Notes under the pieces: generated by a model
Seen by the model: only the letters and a program-made list of their open reading frames with translations
The model's database searches: none
Told to the model about the DNA's origin: nothing
Program-made: the position numbers and the translations under genes
DNA from: an uncultured Thermotogaceae bacterium
GTDB taxonomy: Bacteria; Thermotogota; Thermotogae; MWEM01
Assembly (NCBI GenBank): GCA_964462525.1
Contig: CAYWWY010000002.1
Location: 193,493-257,492 of the forward strand
Direction of reading: 5' to 3'
Length of the DNA stretch: 64,000 bases
In this document: piece by piece, positions 50,765-59,553 of the stretch
Numbering within the stretch: the stretch's first letter is position 1
How the letters are laid out: each line of letters starts with the position of its first letter

Positions 50765-51733
50765 ATGGACGTCAGGAATCCTAGGCAAGAAGAGATGCGG
50801 GAAGTGTTTGGTTTGATCAACAACACATTCCGAAAAGACCTGGATCCCACAATGGAAATTGAGTTTCCTTTATTGTTTTCTGATCAGAACCTACCCCATA
50901 TCTTTATTGCAAAAGACTCTGGGCAAATTGTCTCCCATGTTGCTGCGTATGTAACGGATCTTTTGATTCCTGGCTTAAAAATCCGCACGGGTTTTCTCGG
51001 CGCGGTCGCCACGCATCCAGATTTTCGGGAAAAAGGGCATGCCTCCAAAGTTTTGGAAGCATTGGAAGACCAACTGATCCGGGAAAGTGTGGAGATGATC
51101 CTTATTTCGGGGAATCGAAATTTGTACCTTCGACGAGGATTTCGGGAAATGGGGAAATCAATGTTCTTTGAAATCGCAGGGGAAGAAGAGGAAGGATTGA
51201 TCCCGGTTGAAATTGAACCCTTAACCCCAGACCTCTTTCAAGAAGTGTGTCATTTGTATTGGGCGGAAGATGTACGCTTCCGGAGAACCGAAACCGACTT
51301 TTCCACCCTCCTTCAGGTGCACGAACAGTTGCTTCAAGAAGGACCCAAATCTCTCGAGAAAGCGCAGATCGGACCAACTTATCTGGTCAAGGCCTTCGGA
51401 ATTTACCGCGGGTATTTTACCTTCAAAGCGGATCAAAGCAGGATTATCGAGTATGCGGGGAGTCGTATCAGTTTGCTTTCCGGTATGGAAAAACTGGTGC
51501 GGGATGGCCACCCTTCCTTCCAGCTCATCATTCCCGAGAGCGACTTGGAGTTTTTGAATATGCTCATTTTCAACCACTACAGTTCCACGACATCCACCTA
51601 TTTCCCCCCCAACCATACGGTGAAAATCGTGAATTCCGAGTCTCTATATGAACGGCTGGGTATCATGGAAGACACAAGACTTACGCAATTTGCGCTTCCT
51701 CCGATGCCGCTACCGGGTTTCAATTTTGTCTAA
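50765..51733 (+). CDS. GNAT-family N-acetyltransferase (Eis-like architecture)
   Basis: GNAT core (..HVAAYVTDL....R.GFLGAV.THPDFR.KG.AS.V......) with a long C-terminal extension; ATG 50765 has a GGAGGTG RBS; alternative TTG 50729. Confidence 0.6.
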   Translation: MDVRNPRQEEMREVFGLINNTFRKDLDPTMEIEFPLLFSDQNLPHIFIAKDSGQIVSHVAAYVTDLLIPGLKIRTGFLGAVATHPDFREKGHASKVLEALEDQLIRESVEMILISGNRNLYLRRGFREMGKSMFFEIAGEEEEGLIPVEIEPLTPDLFQEVCHLYWAEDVRFRRTETDFSTLLQVHEQLLQEGPKSLEKAQIGPTYLVKAFGIYRGYFTFKADQSRIIEYAGSRISLLSGMEKLVRDGHPSFQLIIPESDLEFLNMLIFNHYSSTTSTYFPPNHTVKIVNSESLYERLGIMEDTRLTQFALPPMPLPGFNFV

Positions 51734-51833
51734 ATTGCTTGTTTAATGATCATTGAGACTTGTCCTTGTATCGAGCACTTGTCCTCGTCGATCATAAAAA
51801 TATAGGTTCAAAAAACGAACATAAGGAGGGATT

Positions 51834-52256
51834 ATGATGAAGAAAAGGCACGGTACACGAACCATGGTTCTTTTGGGGTTGGTTGCCATCCTCGTCTTGG
51901 TGTGTGCGCTCAACCTTGGTTGCCAACGAAGAGATCGGCGCCCTGTACCTCCCGCACCTGAACTTGTCGCTCCTGCGAACGGATCAACCAATATTACGCT
52001 CCGTCCTACCTTTTCGTGGGTAGGGGGAACTCCCACGGAATTTTACCAACTGTACATCAGCGAGCAAACTGACCCTGTCTTGTATGTGCTAAATGGCCAA
52101 CCGATCGTGATTACAGAAGAGGCCTATACGCTCACGGTCGATTTGCAGCCCAATACGACCTATTATTGGCTGGTCATGGCGTGTTTGGAGTATCCGACCG
52201 GGCACATCGCCTCGACCCACAGCGAAGTGAAGAGTTTTACGACAGGGGCTCTGTAA
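51834..52256 (+). CDS. Secreted/lipoprotein-like protein with Fn3-like beta-sandwich domain
   Basis: Signal peptide MMKKRHGTRTMVLLGLVAILVLVCALNLGC; ..PTFSWVG... and ..NTTYYW.. fibronectin-III-like motifs; RBS aaggaggg. Confidence 0.5.
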   Translation: MMKKRHGTRTMVLLGLVAILVLVCALNLGCQRRDRRPVPPAPELVAPANGSTNITLRPTFSWVGGTPTEFYQLYISEQTDPVLYVLNGQPIVITEEAYTLTVDLQPNTTYYWLVMACLEYPTGHIASTHSEVKSFTTGAL

Positions 52257-52263
52257 TCCCGGG

Positions 52264-53217
52264 TTATTTTCCTCTCATTCCAAGCATCGTGATAATCGTC
52301 TTTATGAGAATCAACGCGCTCAAACGGGCATTTCGATTTTTGATGGAATACAGATCATATTCCGTCTTTCGTTTATATTCATCTAGTGTTGTCGTGTGTT
52401 TGTAAGAAACCTGAGCCCAACCGGTAATTCCCGGTTTGACACGGAACCGATATTGGTAAAAGGGAATCTGCTCGACACACATTTGATGATAATAAACCAT
52501 CTCTGGCCGCGGTCCGATGAATGCCATTTTCCCCGTTAGGACATTCCAAAACTGAGGAATTTCATCGATTCGCGTTTTTCGGATCCACCTTCCAAAAGCA
52601 TTCGACCGTGATGAGATAGCACAGTTAGGATCTTCCGATTCAGCTGGACTGTTGGGTGTGGTTAAGCTTCGAAATTTGTAGAAAGTAAAGAGCTCTCCGA
52701 ATACGCCTGCTCTTTTTTGGGCAAAGATAACGGGTCTTCCGGATGTCAACAAAATGCCCAATGCAATCCCAAGAATTAACGGGGAAAGAAAAACAAGAGC
52801 GAAAAAAGAAATACCCACGTCAAAAACCCTCTCGATCCGAGAGGGTTTTTTTTGACACAAGACCACATCATAATAGTCTCGAAACTGATCGATCAGATCC
52901 AAAGGGATCCGGCGCAATCTTCTTTCAACCAAATTGGGAAGGTATTCGATTTTCACTCCGGCTTTCCTGGCTTGATCGATTTCCTGTTCCACTGAACGCC
53001 CAAGCCGAGGATCTGCGATTAACAAGATATCCGGTCTCTCCCGAGGAGATTGGATCGCTTCCAATAGAATATGGGCTGAAGGATTCATGTACTGCTGGAT
53101 TACCATTGGGTTGTGATCCTTTTGCAGCATCTCTTGGACCATACTGCCTACTTGCTCTTGTTTGCCAATAACGATAATCCTTTCTTGCTTTTTTTTCTTT
53201 TTCTTCATACCCGACAC
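52264..53217 (-). CDS. Undecaprenyl-phosphate sugar phosphotransferase (priming bacterial sugar transferase, WbaP/EpsL-like)
   Basis: C-terminal PF02397-type motifs (..RPVIFAQKRAG..G..F..YKFRS.., ..DEIPQFWNVL.G.M...GPRPE) after an N-terminal cytoplasmic domain. Confidence 0.8.
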   Translation of the reverse strand: MSGMKKKKKKQERIIVIGKQEQVGSMVQEMLQKDHNPMVIQQYMNPSAHILLEAIQSPRERPDILLIADPRLGRSVEQEIDQARKAGVKIEYLPNLVERRLRRIPLDLIDQFRDYYDVVLCQKKPSRIERVFDVGISFFALVFLSPLILGIALGILLTSGRPVIFAQKRAGVFGELFTFYKFRSLTTPNSPAESEDPNCAISSRSNAFGRWIRKTRIDEIPQFWNVLTGKMAFIGPRPEMVYYHQMCVEQIPFYQYRFRVKPGITGWAQVSYKHTTTLDEYKRKTEYDLYSIKNRNARLSALILIKTIITMLGMRGK

Positions 53218-53225
53218 CCCGGTGA

Positions 53226-53987
53226 TTATTGGCCAGAATAAACTTTTCCAATCGGAGCCAGATAGATGACAAACTCATCATTTCCGTCAACATCCAACAA
53301 CTGATCGATCAACTGTTGGTTGTACGCTCCGATTCCGCATGTGCCCGCATCAATCGCTTCTACGGCCAAATAGAGATTTTGACACATATGCCCTGCATCG
53401 ATACCGATGATCTTGTGAGCCACATGCGCATACCGCCATTCTGTCCGATAAGGAATGCTTGTCCAAATAAAGCTCACGGGGGCCTGACCAACAAATTGCT
53501 GGCCCAAACATGCTTGGGTAAGCTGATCGGAAAAGTCTTCGCGATCAAAGAGGAAAACCAATTCGTGCGTTATGGGGAGATACCGATACAATCCAGGGTC
53601 TAGGGAATCTACCTTTTGAGCAAAAACATACGTTTCAAAAGGGTGTCGAGATCCTCCCGAAGGTACAGTTCGAAAAGAGGTAGCCCCATCTTTTGTAATG
53701 CTTTTCACCCCTTGAATCGCCCACAAAAGGAAGGACACTTCTTCCAAGAGCAGCCCATCTTCCTTAAACTTCCGATGGCTTTTCCGATCCTGGAACAATG
53801 GATAAAACCGGGTCTCCCTTTGAGCAACTTCTTGGAATGCCGGTAGCTTTATGATTTTGGCATCCTCAGCCACTCCTTTCTCAAGATCGGGATGCAAAAT
53901 CCCTTTCTTCTGATCGGTCTCCAATTGTCGCACCTGTTCCCATCCTGATGATTTCAAATAAGCCCTATGTTTTCGATAGTCTTCCAT
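53226..53987 (-). CDS. SagB-type dehydrogenase (nitroreductase superfamily)
   Basis: ..RTVPSGGSRHPFETYV.. matches the SagB/ThcOx PSAGG..P flavin motif; 253 aa; no YcaO or precursor gene adjacent. Confidence 0.7.
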   Translation of the reverse strand: MEDYRKHRAYLKSSGWEQVRQLETDQKKGILHPDLEKGVAEDAKIIKLPAFQEVAQRETRFYPLFQDRKSHRKFKEDGLLLEEVSFLLWAIQGVKSITKDGATSFRTVPSGGSRHPFETYVFAQKVDSLDPGLYRYLPITHELVFLFDREDFSDQLTQACLGQQFVGQAPVSFIWTSIPYRTEWRYAHVAHKIIGIDAGHMCQNLYLAVEAIDAGTCGIGAYNQQLIDQLLDVDGNDEFVIYLAPIGKVYSGQ

Positions 53988-54079
53988 ATGTCTCCTCCCT
54001 TTGATTGGGTCGTTTTCACAGATAGTATACCAGATTCCACCAAAGGAACGGAAGAAGCGGTTTTTTTCATTTGCTTTCG

Positions 54080-54088
54080 TGGTACAAT
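54080..54088 (+). promoter_or_regulatory. Extended -10 promoter element TGGTACAAT upstream of htpX
   Basis: cGTGGTACAAT 47 nt upstream of the htpX GTG start; the identical 10-mer lies upstream of trpS. Confidence 0.35.
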
Positions 54089-54134
54089 ATTGAATATGAA
54101 TGGTCTACGGCGAAAAGCTAGGGGGTGAACTTCC

Positions 54135-55160
54135 GTGGCGGTGGATTTCTATCAACAACAAAAAAAGAATGTACGGAAGACGATCATATTGGTCGGTGTT
54201 ATCTTTGGGATTGCCATAGGCGCGGGGGTATTGCTGGATTTGACCTTTTTAACCAACGGGATCATTACCGCTGTTTTGGTTGTCTTTGTAGCAGTCCAAG
54301 CCTTAATCGCATTTGGGTCCGGTAGCAAAATCGTGTTGAAATCGGTGGGTGCGAAAGAAGTACTCCCTGATACGAAAAGCTTGGAAGAAAAGCAACTGCT
54401 CAATATCGCGGACGAGCTGAGTATTTCTTCTGGAATGACCCGGCCAAAAGTCTATGTCATGAATGACCCTTCCATCAATGCCTTCGCCACAGGGACCAAG
54501 GAGAAAGAGTCGTATGTTTGTGTGACAACTGGGTTGTTGAACAGCCTGAACCGAGAAGAGACCGAAGGCGTGGTCGCTCATGAAATCGCTCATATCAAAA
54601 ACCGGGATGTCCTTCTGATGACGATCGTCAGCGCGCTCGTGGGAGGCGTTCTTTTGCTCTCGCTGGTCGCTTTCCGCGCTGGATTGATTATGCTGCGGAC
54701 GACCGGATTCATCGCAATGACTGGGGGGGCTTCCCGCTCTCGCAGAGGCGGAAAAAGTGATAAAGGAGATTCACAAGGAGCCATACTGGCCATCATCGCA
54801 GCGATCTTCGCGACAGCGCTGGTCATGTTTATCGTTGGCCAGGTCAGTCGCTTGATGACCTTTGCCATTTCCCGCAAACGGGAGTTTTTGGCTGACGCGA
54901 CTGCTGTTGAGTTTACCCGGAATCCGAATGGGTTGACTTCCGCCTTTCGGAAGATCTACCAAAAGCCCCTCGCGACCAAACAAGCAAACGGCGCCACCGC
55001 CCACTTATTCATCTCCGAACCGAAGATGCTTAAACTCGCGGAAAAACGAGGGTTCTTTGCAAACTTGTTGAGCACGCACCCCCCTTTGATTGATCGGATT
55101 GCGGTTTTGGAAGCCAAAGACCGATCCCAGATCGTTCAGGAGCTTCAGTTCAAGACCTGA
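54135..55160 (+). CDS. htpX: M48-family zinc metalloprotease HtpX
   Basis: HEIAHIKNRD (HExxH) motif; N-terminal TM helices; 341 aa; GTG start after GGGGGTG. Confidence 0.85.
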   Translation: MAVDFYQQQKKNVRKTIILVGVIFGIAIGAGVLLDLTFLTNGIITAVLVVFVAVQALIAFGSGSKIVLKSVGAKEVLPDTKSLEEKQLLNIADELSISSGMTRPKVYVMNDPSINAFATGTKEKESYVCVTTGLLNSLNREETEGVVAHEIAHIKNRDVLLMTIVSALVGGVLLLSLVAFRAGLIMLRTTGFIAMTGGASRSRRGGKSDKGDSQGAILAIIAAIFATALVMFIVGQVSRLMTFAISRKREFLADATAVEFTRNPNGLTSAFRKIYQKPLATKQANGATAHLFISEPKMLKLAEKRGFFANLLSTHPPLIDRIAVLEAKDRSQIVQELQFKT

Positions 55161-55675
55161 TAATGGAGAATCAACGCCCCAGAGGGCAAAGCATGATGGT
55201 TGATTAGGCTCAGTTTCCGTTCAATAGCATTGGATCCCACCAAACCTACCTGGCCAGAAAACAAAACGGGCTCGATGGTGACGACCATTTCATCGATCAA
55301 CCGATCATTCCAGAAAAGCGTATTGATCTTTTCCCCGCCAATCACGCATACTTCAGGGAATCCCATTCGTTTAAGCGTTTCCAGCAAACTCAAAGGATTG
55401 CAGGAACAATACCGTACTTCTTCAGTAGAATGAGCCTCTAATCGAGGATCCCTGGTCATCACGACATTCAAACGGTTCGGAAGCGGGCGCGGCAGGGACC
55501 GGAAGGTCCGGTGTCCCATAACAACCGCGCCAATCCGCCTCGTGAATGCAGAGAAATGATCCATATCCCCGGGTGAGGTCCAATCTGGTCGATTCTGACC
55601 ATCACGGCCTATCCATCCGTTGACTGTCGTCGCACATACTAGGATCGTTTTCGATCGATCGGATCCATAACTCAT
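55145..55675 (-). CDS. Dihydrofolate reductase-family protein (FolA-like)
   Basis: ..ILVCATTVNGWIGRDG.. N-terminus, ..PLPNRLNVVMTR.., ..VCVIGGEKI.. resemble DHFR; 3' end overlaps the htpX 3' end by 16 nt (convergent); start at the second Met. Confidence 0.65.
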   Translation of the reverse strand: MSYGSDRSKTILVCATTVNGWIGRDGQNRPDWTSPGDMDHFSAFTRRIGAVVMGHRTFRSLPRPLPNRLNVVMTRDPRLEAHSTEEVRYCSCNPLSLLETLKRMGFPEVCVIGGEKINTLFWNDRLIDEMVVTIEPVLFSGQVGLVGSNAIERKLSLINHHALPSGALILHYQVLN

Positions 55676-55711
55676 ATCCGAGCAATGGCTTCCACGCCAA
55701 GCCATCGAACC

Positions 55712-56917
55712 TTAGTTTTCGGTCCGAAATACAAATTTTTCATTGCTGAACATACGGGATGTAACCCATGCCAAAAAGACGGCAACACCCACATTGATCA
55801 GGACTGTTTGAAGAATCTGCTGATAGGGAATGACATTACTCGTAAACAGGGCTTTGAGCGTATCGATTCCATTCATCAAAGGAATAAACCCAATAAACGG
55901 AATATTTTCCAAGCCGCCAGGTTGCATACTCATGATCCCAAAAATTATGGCAACGATATACAAAGGCATGGTATAAGCAGTTGCCTCTTTGACCGTCTTC
56001 GCAAAAATCCCGATGGCCGCGATAATCGACGCGACAATAACGGACATGGACAATACCGTAATAATCAGCATGGCGATTAGATCTACCGAGAATGCCGCCA
56101 TAAAGTCCCCCCCCATGTCGGAACCGCCGCTCATCATCCGCGAAAACCCGATTGAAAAGGCCACCGATGAAATCAATGCCATCAATAGGTTGGCCAACAT
56201 CATATAGAGGATTTTCCCCCATGCGATGGCGGTGCGGGACACTTGATTCACCAAAAGAATGGTAAGGGTCTGGCGTTCTTTTTCCCCGGCCGTAGTATCA
56301 AACCCTAGAGAGAAGGATCCGGCGAAGAGATATATCACAAGCATATAGGGCAGCATCATCCCCAAAAAGTTTCCTGCTTGTTCTCGTTCCGTAGCGATGT
56401 TTGTTGTATGAGTATACGGGCGGTTCAGGACTTCCGGATTCACCCCCAAGGACTCCATAATGGACCGGATCTCTTGATTCCTGAGCTGAGAAATACCATA
56501 AAACACATGGTTCAATGCCCTGCTTGATTCCATCTGCTCCGAGAATGAGATAAACTCGATTTGAAGATCATCCATCCGGATATACTCATCCATGGTTTTT
56601 GTCGGATCGCTAAAGATCATGGCCAAATGGATCTCTCGGTCTCGAATCGATTGATCCAAATCATCTGGCGCGTCCGTCACGATCTGAAAGAGAATGCCGG
56701 CCTGTTGCAGCACTTCCCGCGCAAGAGTTTCCTGATTGGTAAAGATGACAAAGGTGGTCTCTTGAAGCCGCTGCTCGGTCTGAGTCTGCATGCTGCCGAT
56801 TACTTGGAAGATCACCAAAAAAAGGATGACGGGCAGAACAAAGGTAGAAAACACGGTCCGTTTGTCCTTAAAGGTTTGATAGAATTCTTTGCGAAAGATC
56901 AGCAATGTATCTTTCAT
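55712..56917 (-). CDS. ABC-2 family exporter permease (NatB-like)
   Basis: 401 aa; N-terminal TM, large extracytoplasmic loop, C-terminal 5-TM bundle typical of ABC-2 permeases. Confidence 0.7.
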   Translation of the reverse strand: MKDTLLIFRKEFYQTFKDKRTVFSTFVLPVILFLVIFQVIGSMQTQTEQRLQETTFVIFTNQETLAREVLQQAGILFQIVTDAPDDLDQSIRDREIHLAMIFSDPTKTMDEYIRMDDLQIEFISFSEQMESSRALNHVFYGISQLRNQEIRSIMESLGVNPEVLNRPYTHTTNIATEREQAGNFLGMMLPYMLVIYLFAGSFSLGFDTTAGEKERQTLTILLVNQVSRTAIAWGKILYMMLANLLMALISSVAFSIGFSRMMSGGSDMGGDFMAAFSVDLIAMLIITVLSMSVIVASIIAAIGIFAKTVKEATAYTMPLYIVAIIFGIMSMQPGGLENIPFIGFIPLMNGIDTLKALFTSNVIPYQQILQTVLINVGVAVFLAWVTSRMFSNEKFVFRTEN

Positions 56918-57666
56918 GCGGCATCACCTTCCTTGACAATCGAAAAGAACGCATCCTCTAAATCGTCGGTTTCCGTTTTCTTCAAGATTTCAGGGAGCGT
57001 TCCTATGATTTTGAGCATACCATGGTCAATTATCCCGATTCGGTCACACATCTTGCGGGCAACTTCCATCACATGCGTTGATATGATGATCGTTTTCCCT
57101 TGGGATTGAAGGTCTTTGAGGTAATCCAATACTGTTCTCGCAGTCAGGATATCCAACCCATTGGTGGGTTCGTCAAAGACGATAATGTCCGGAGAATGGA
57201 TCAAAGCAATGGCGATCAACGTTTTCTGTTTCATCCCTTGCGAATAGGTTCCCATTCTTCGATCCAAAAAATCCTTCATCCCCAGATATTGGGATAGACT
57301 GGCGATCTGATGTTCGATCGTTCCTTTCTCCAAATGATTAAGTTCCCCAAAAAACCGAAGGGTTTCTCGGGAGGTCATATTACCCGTCAAACTCATATCC
57401 GAGGAAAGAAACCCGACTCTCTTACGGACCTGCTGGGATTCTTTTTGCGTATCATACCCACAAACAACCACGTTTCCTTGGGTGGGCACCAAAAGAGTGG
57501 ACAATATCCGCAATGCCGTTGTCTTCCCAGCACCGTTTGGTCCAAGCAATCCGAAGATCTCTCCTTTTTTTACCTCGAAAGAAACATCCTTCAGCGCCTG
57601 AACACTTTTCTTCCGCGCGGCAAACACCTTGTTCACCCGCTGAAATTGAATCATCGCGTTTTCCAA
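56914..57666 (-). CDS. ABC transporter ATP-binding protein (NatA-like)
   Basis: Walker A GPNGAGKTT, signature YSQGMKQK, Walker B IVFDEPTNGLD; 4-nt overlap with the permease. Confidence 0.85.
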   Translation of the reverse strand: MENAMIQFQRVNKVFAARKKSVQALKDVSFEVKKGEIFGLLGPNGAGKTTALRILSTLLVPTQGNVVVCGYDTQKESQQVRKRVGFLSSDMSLTGNMTSRETLRFFGELNHLEKGTIEHQIASLSQYLGMKDFLDRRMGTYSQGMKQKTLIAIALIHSPDIIVFDEPTNGLDILTARTVLDYLKDLQSQGKTIIISTHVMEVARKMCDRIGIIDHGMLKIIGTLPEILKKTETDDLEDAFFSIVKEGDAA

Positions 57667-57804
57667 AACCCATACCCCCTTTGCTCAAAAAAACCGGTTT
57701 GATCGAACAATACTCGGGTCAATGAAACCCTTGCGAAGTATATCACAAATCAAATCAATCGCCAAATTTTCTCCCTTTTTCGCATACTACGAGCGCATAT
57801 TCGT

Positions 57805-59520
57805 TTGATTTCAAACTCTGGTTTCCGAATGAAAAGCGTGGTACAATTGTCTTTGAGAAAACCGCTTCCATCATGGATGGATCGATTCGAGAAAGCAGGT
57901 GAATGGAATATCAGATGCCGAGTTCAGATAGAAACATCCGAAAAGTCAATCCAGATATCGACTCCTGTTGGACATACGCTGATGCAGATTCTGAGAGATC
58001 ATGGGATTGCTTATCCTTTTCCTTGTGGAGGAATGGGTAAATGCGGAGGTTGCGTAGTTCGGGCCTCCGGAGCTTTGTCTAAGCCCTCAAAGCGAGAGTT
58101 GGAACTCCTTGGCGCTCGTGGGCTCTCTTATGACCATCGATTGGCTTGCGCAACACGAATCGAAGGAGACGCGATCGTCGCTCTTGAACCCCAACTTTCT
58201 ATCGAATCCGAGGAACAGCTATCTCCTGCCGCTTCCTTTTCTCAAAGCCATGCACCCTCTGACCAAAACGAGGCCGCCTATTCCATCGCAGTCGATATCG
58301 GTACCACAACTCTGACCGCATTTCTCCTGCGCCCAGGCAGCGGAATGATCCAAGCGACATTCCGAAAAAATCCCCAAACCTTGTATGGCGCGGATCTGAT
58401 CACCCGGATTTCTTTCGCGGGCCGGCCAAAAGGACTGGAGGCCCTTCAGAACCAGATTCGATCCGCAGTGGATCAGATGATCCAAACGCTGCTTCTCAAA
58501 GAAAATATCTTGTCCAAGCAAGTGCATACAGTCGGTTTGGTAGGAAACACATGCATGCATCATCTCTTCTGGGGTCTTTCCACCCGCTCGTTGGGACAGA
58601 TGCCCTTTGAACCACATGTGATTTCGACACCCGAAAAAAAAGCCTTGGATGTTGGGTTGAACCATGCAGACCCACAGACGATGGTTCGCTTTCTCCCCAA
58701 CATCGCCGGGTTTGTGGGATCCGATATTCTCGCTGCAAGCATCCATTGCGGACTACACATCCCGAGCGCTTTGGGGTCAGGGGCTCGCCTGCTCATCGAT
58801 ATCGGAACGAACGGTGAAATTGTGCTGGTCAATGATGATCAAATGTTTTGCTGTTCCACAGCCGCTGGACCGGCTTTTGAAGGGATGAACATCACGCATG
58901 GAATGCTTGCGGTTCCCGGAGCCATTGATCAAGTGTGGAAGGATTCAAATGAGAAGGTTCGATATACCGTGATTGGTGATGGACATCCGAAAGGCATTTG
59001 TGGATCGGCGTTGATTCAGTGGATCGCCCTTCTGATCGAAAATGGCGCGATCCATCCCAACGGGAGAATCCATAATTCTCAGCCTCATAGTGATGGCGAT
59101 CGATCCATCAAACTTCCCGAGGCGCGCCACAGCCGATCCATCCTGCTTACGCAAAAAGATATTCGACAGGTACAACTGGCCAAAGGAGCCATCCGCGCAG
59201 GGGTTGACACCTTGCTGGAACGAATGGGAATCCGATCCTCCGATCTGGATCAAATCTACCTTGCGGGACATTTTGGCGCTCACCTTGATATTCAAGCGAT
59301 TCAAAAAATCGGCCTAATCCCATCGATTCCTTCCCACAAGGTAAAAGCAGTGGGAAACGCTGCATGCAAAGGGTTAGCAACAGTCCTTTTGGATCCCCAA
59401 TTGCTCGGTTCTGTTTCTGCCTTCCAGAAACAGTTCACGCATATTCCGCTCCACAATGATCCCCAATTCATAGAACGGTTTGCCCAATCCATGCGTTTGG
59501 AACAGGATGCTAAGGAGTAA
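57805..59520 (+). CDS. RACo-like protein: plant-type 2Fe-2S ferredoxin domain fused to an ASKHA (DUF4445) ATPase domain
   Basis: ..CGGMGKCGGCVV..C ferredoxin motif; ASKHA phosphate-1 motif ..AVDIGTTTL..; about 570 aa. Start uncertain (ATG 57805, 57829 or 57877). Confidence 0.7.
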   Translation: MISNSGFRMKSVVQLSLRKPLPSWMDRFEKAGEWNIRCRVQIETSEKSIQISTPVGHTLMQILRDHGIAYPFPCGGMGKCGGCVVRASGALSKPSKRELELLGARGLSYDHRLACATRIEGDAIVALEPQLSIESEEQLSPAASFSQSHAPSDQNEAAYSIAVDIGTTTLTAFLLRPGSGMIQATFRKNPQTLYGADLITRISFAGRPKGLEALQNQIRSAVDQMIQTLLLKENILSKQVHTVGLVGNTCMHHLFWGLSTRSLGQMPFEPHVISTPEKKALDVGLNHADPQTMVRFLPNIAGFVGSDILAASIHCGLHIPSALGSGARLLIDIGTNGEIVLVNDDQMFCCSTAAGPAFEGMNITHGMLAVPGAIDQVWKDSNEKVRYTVIGDGHPKGICGSALIQWIALLIENGAIHPNGRIHNSQPHSDGDRSIKLPEARHSRSILLTQKDIRQVQLAKGAIRAGVDTLLERMGIRSSDLDQIYLAGHFGAHLDIQAIQKIGLIPSIPSHKVKAVGNAACKGLATVLLDPQLLGSVSAFQKQFTHIPLHNDPQFIERFAQSMRLEQDAKE

Positions 59521-59553
59521 CCCTTCGAACTTCGGTCAAGTACCCGTTTGATT

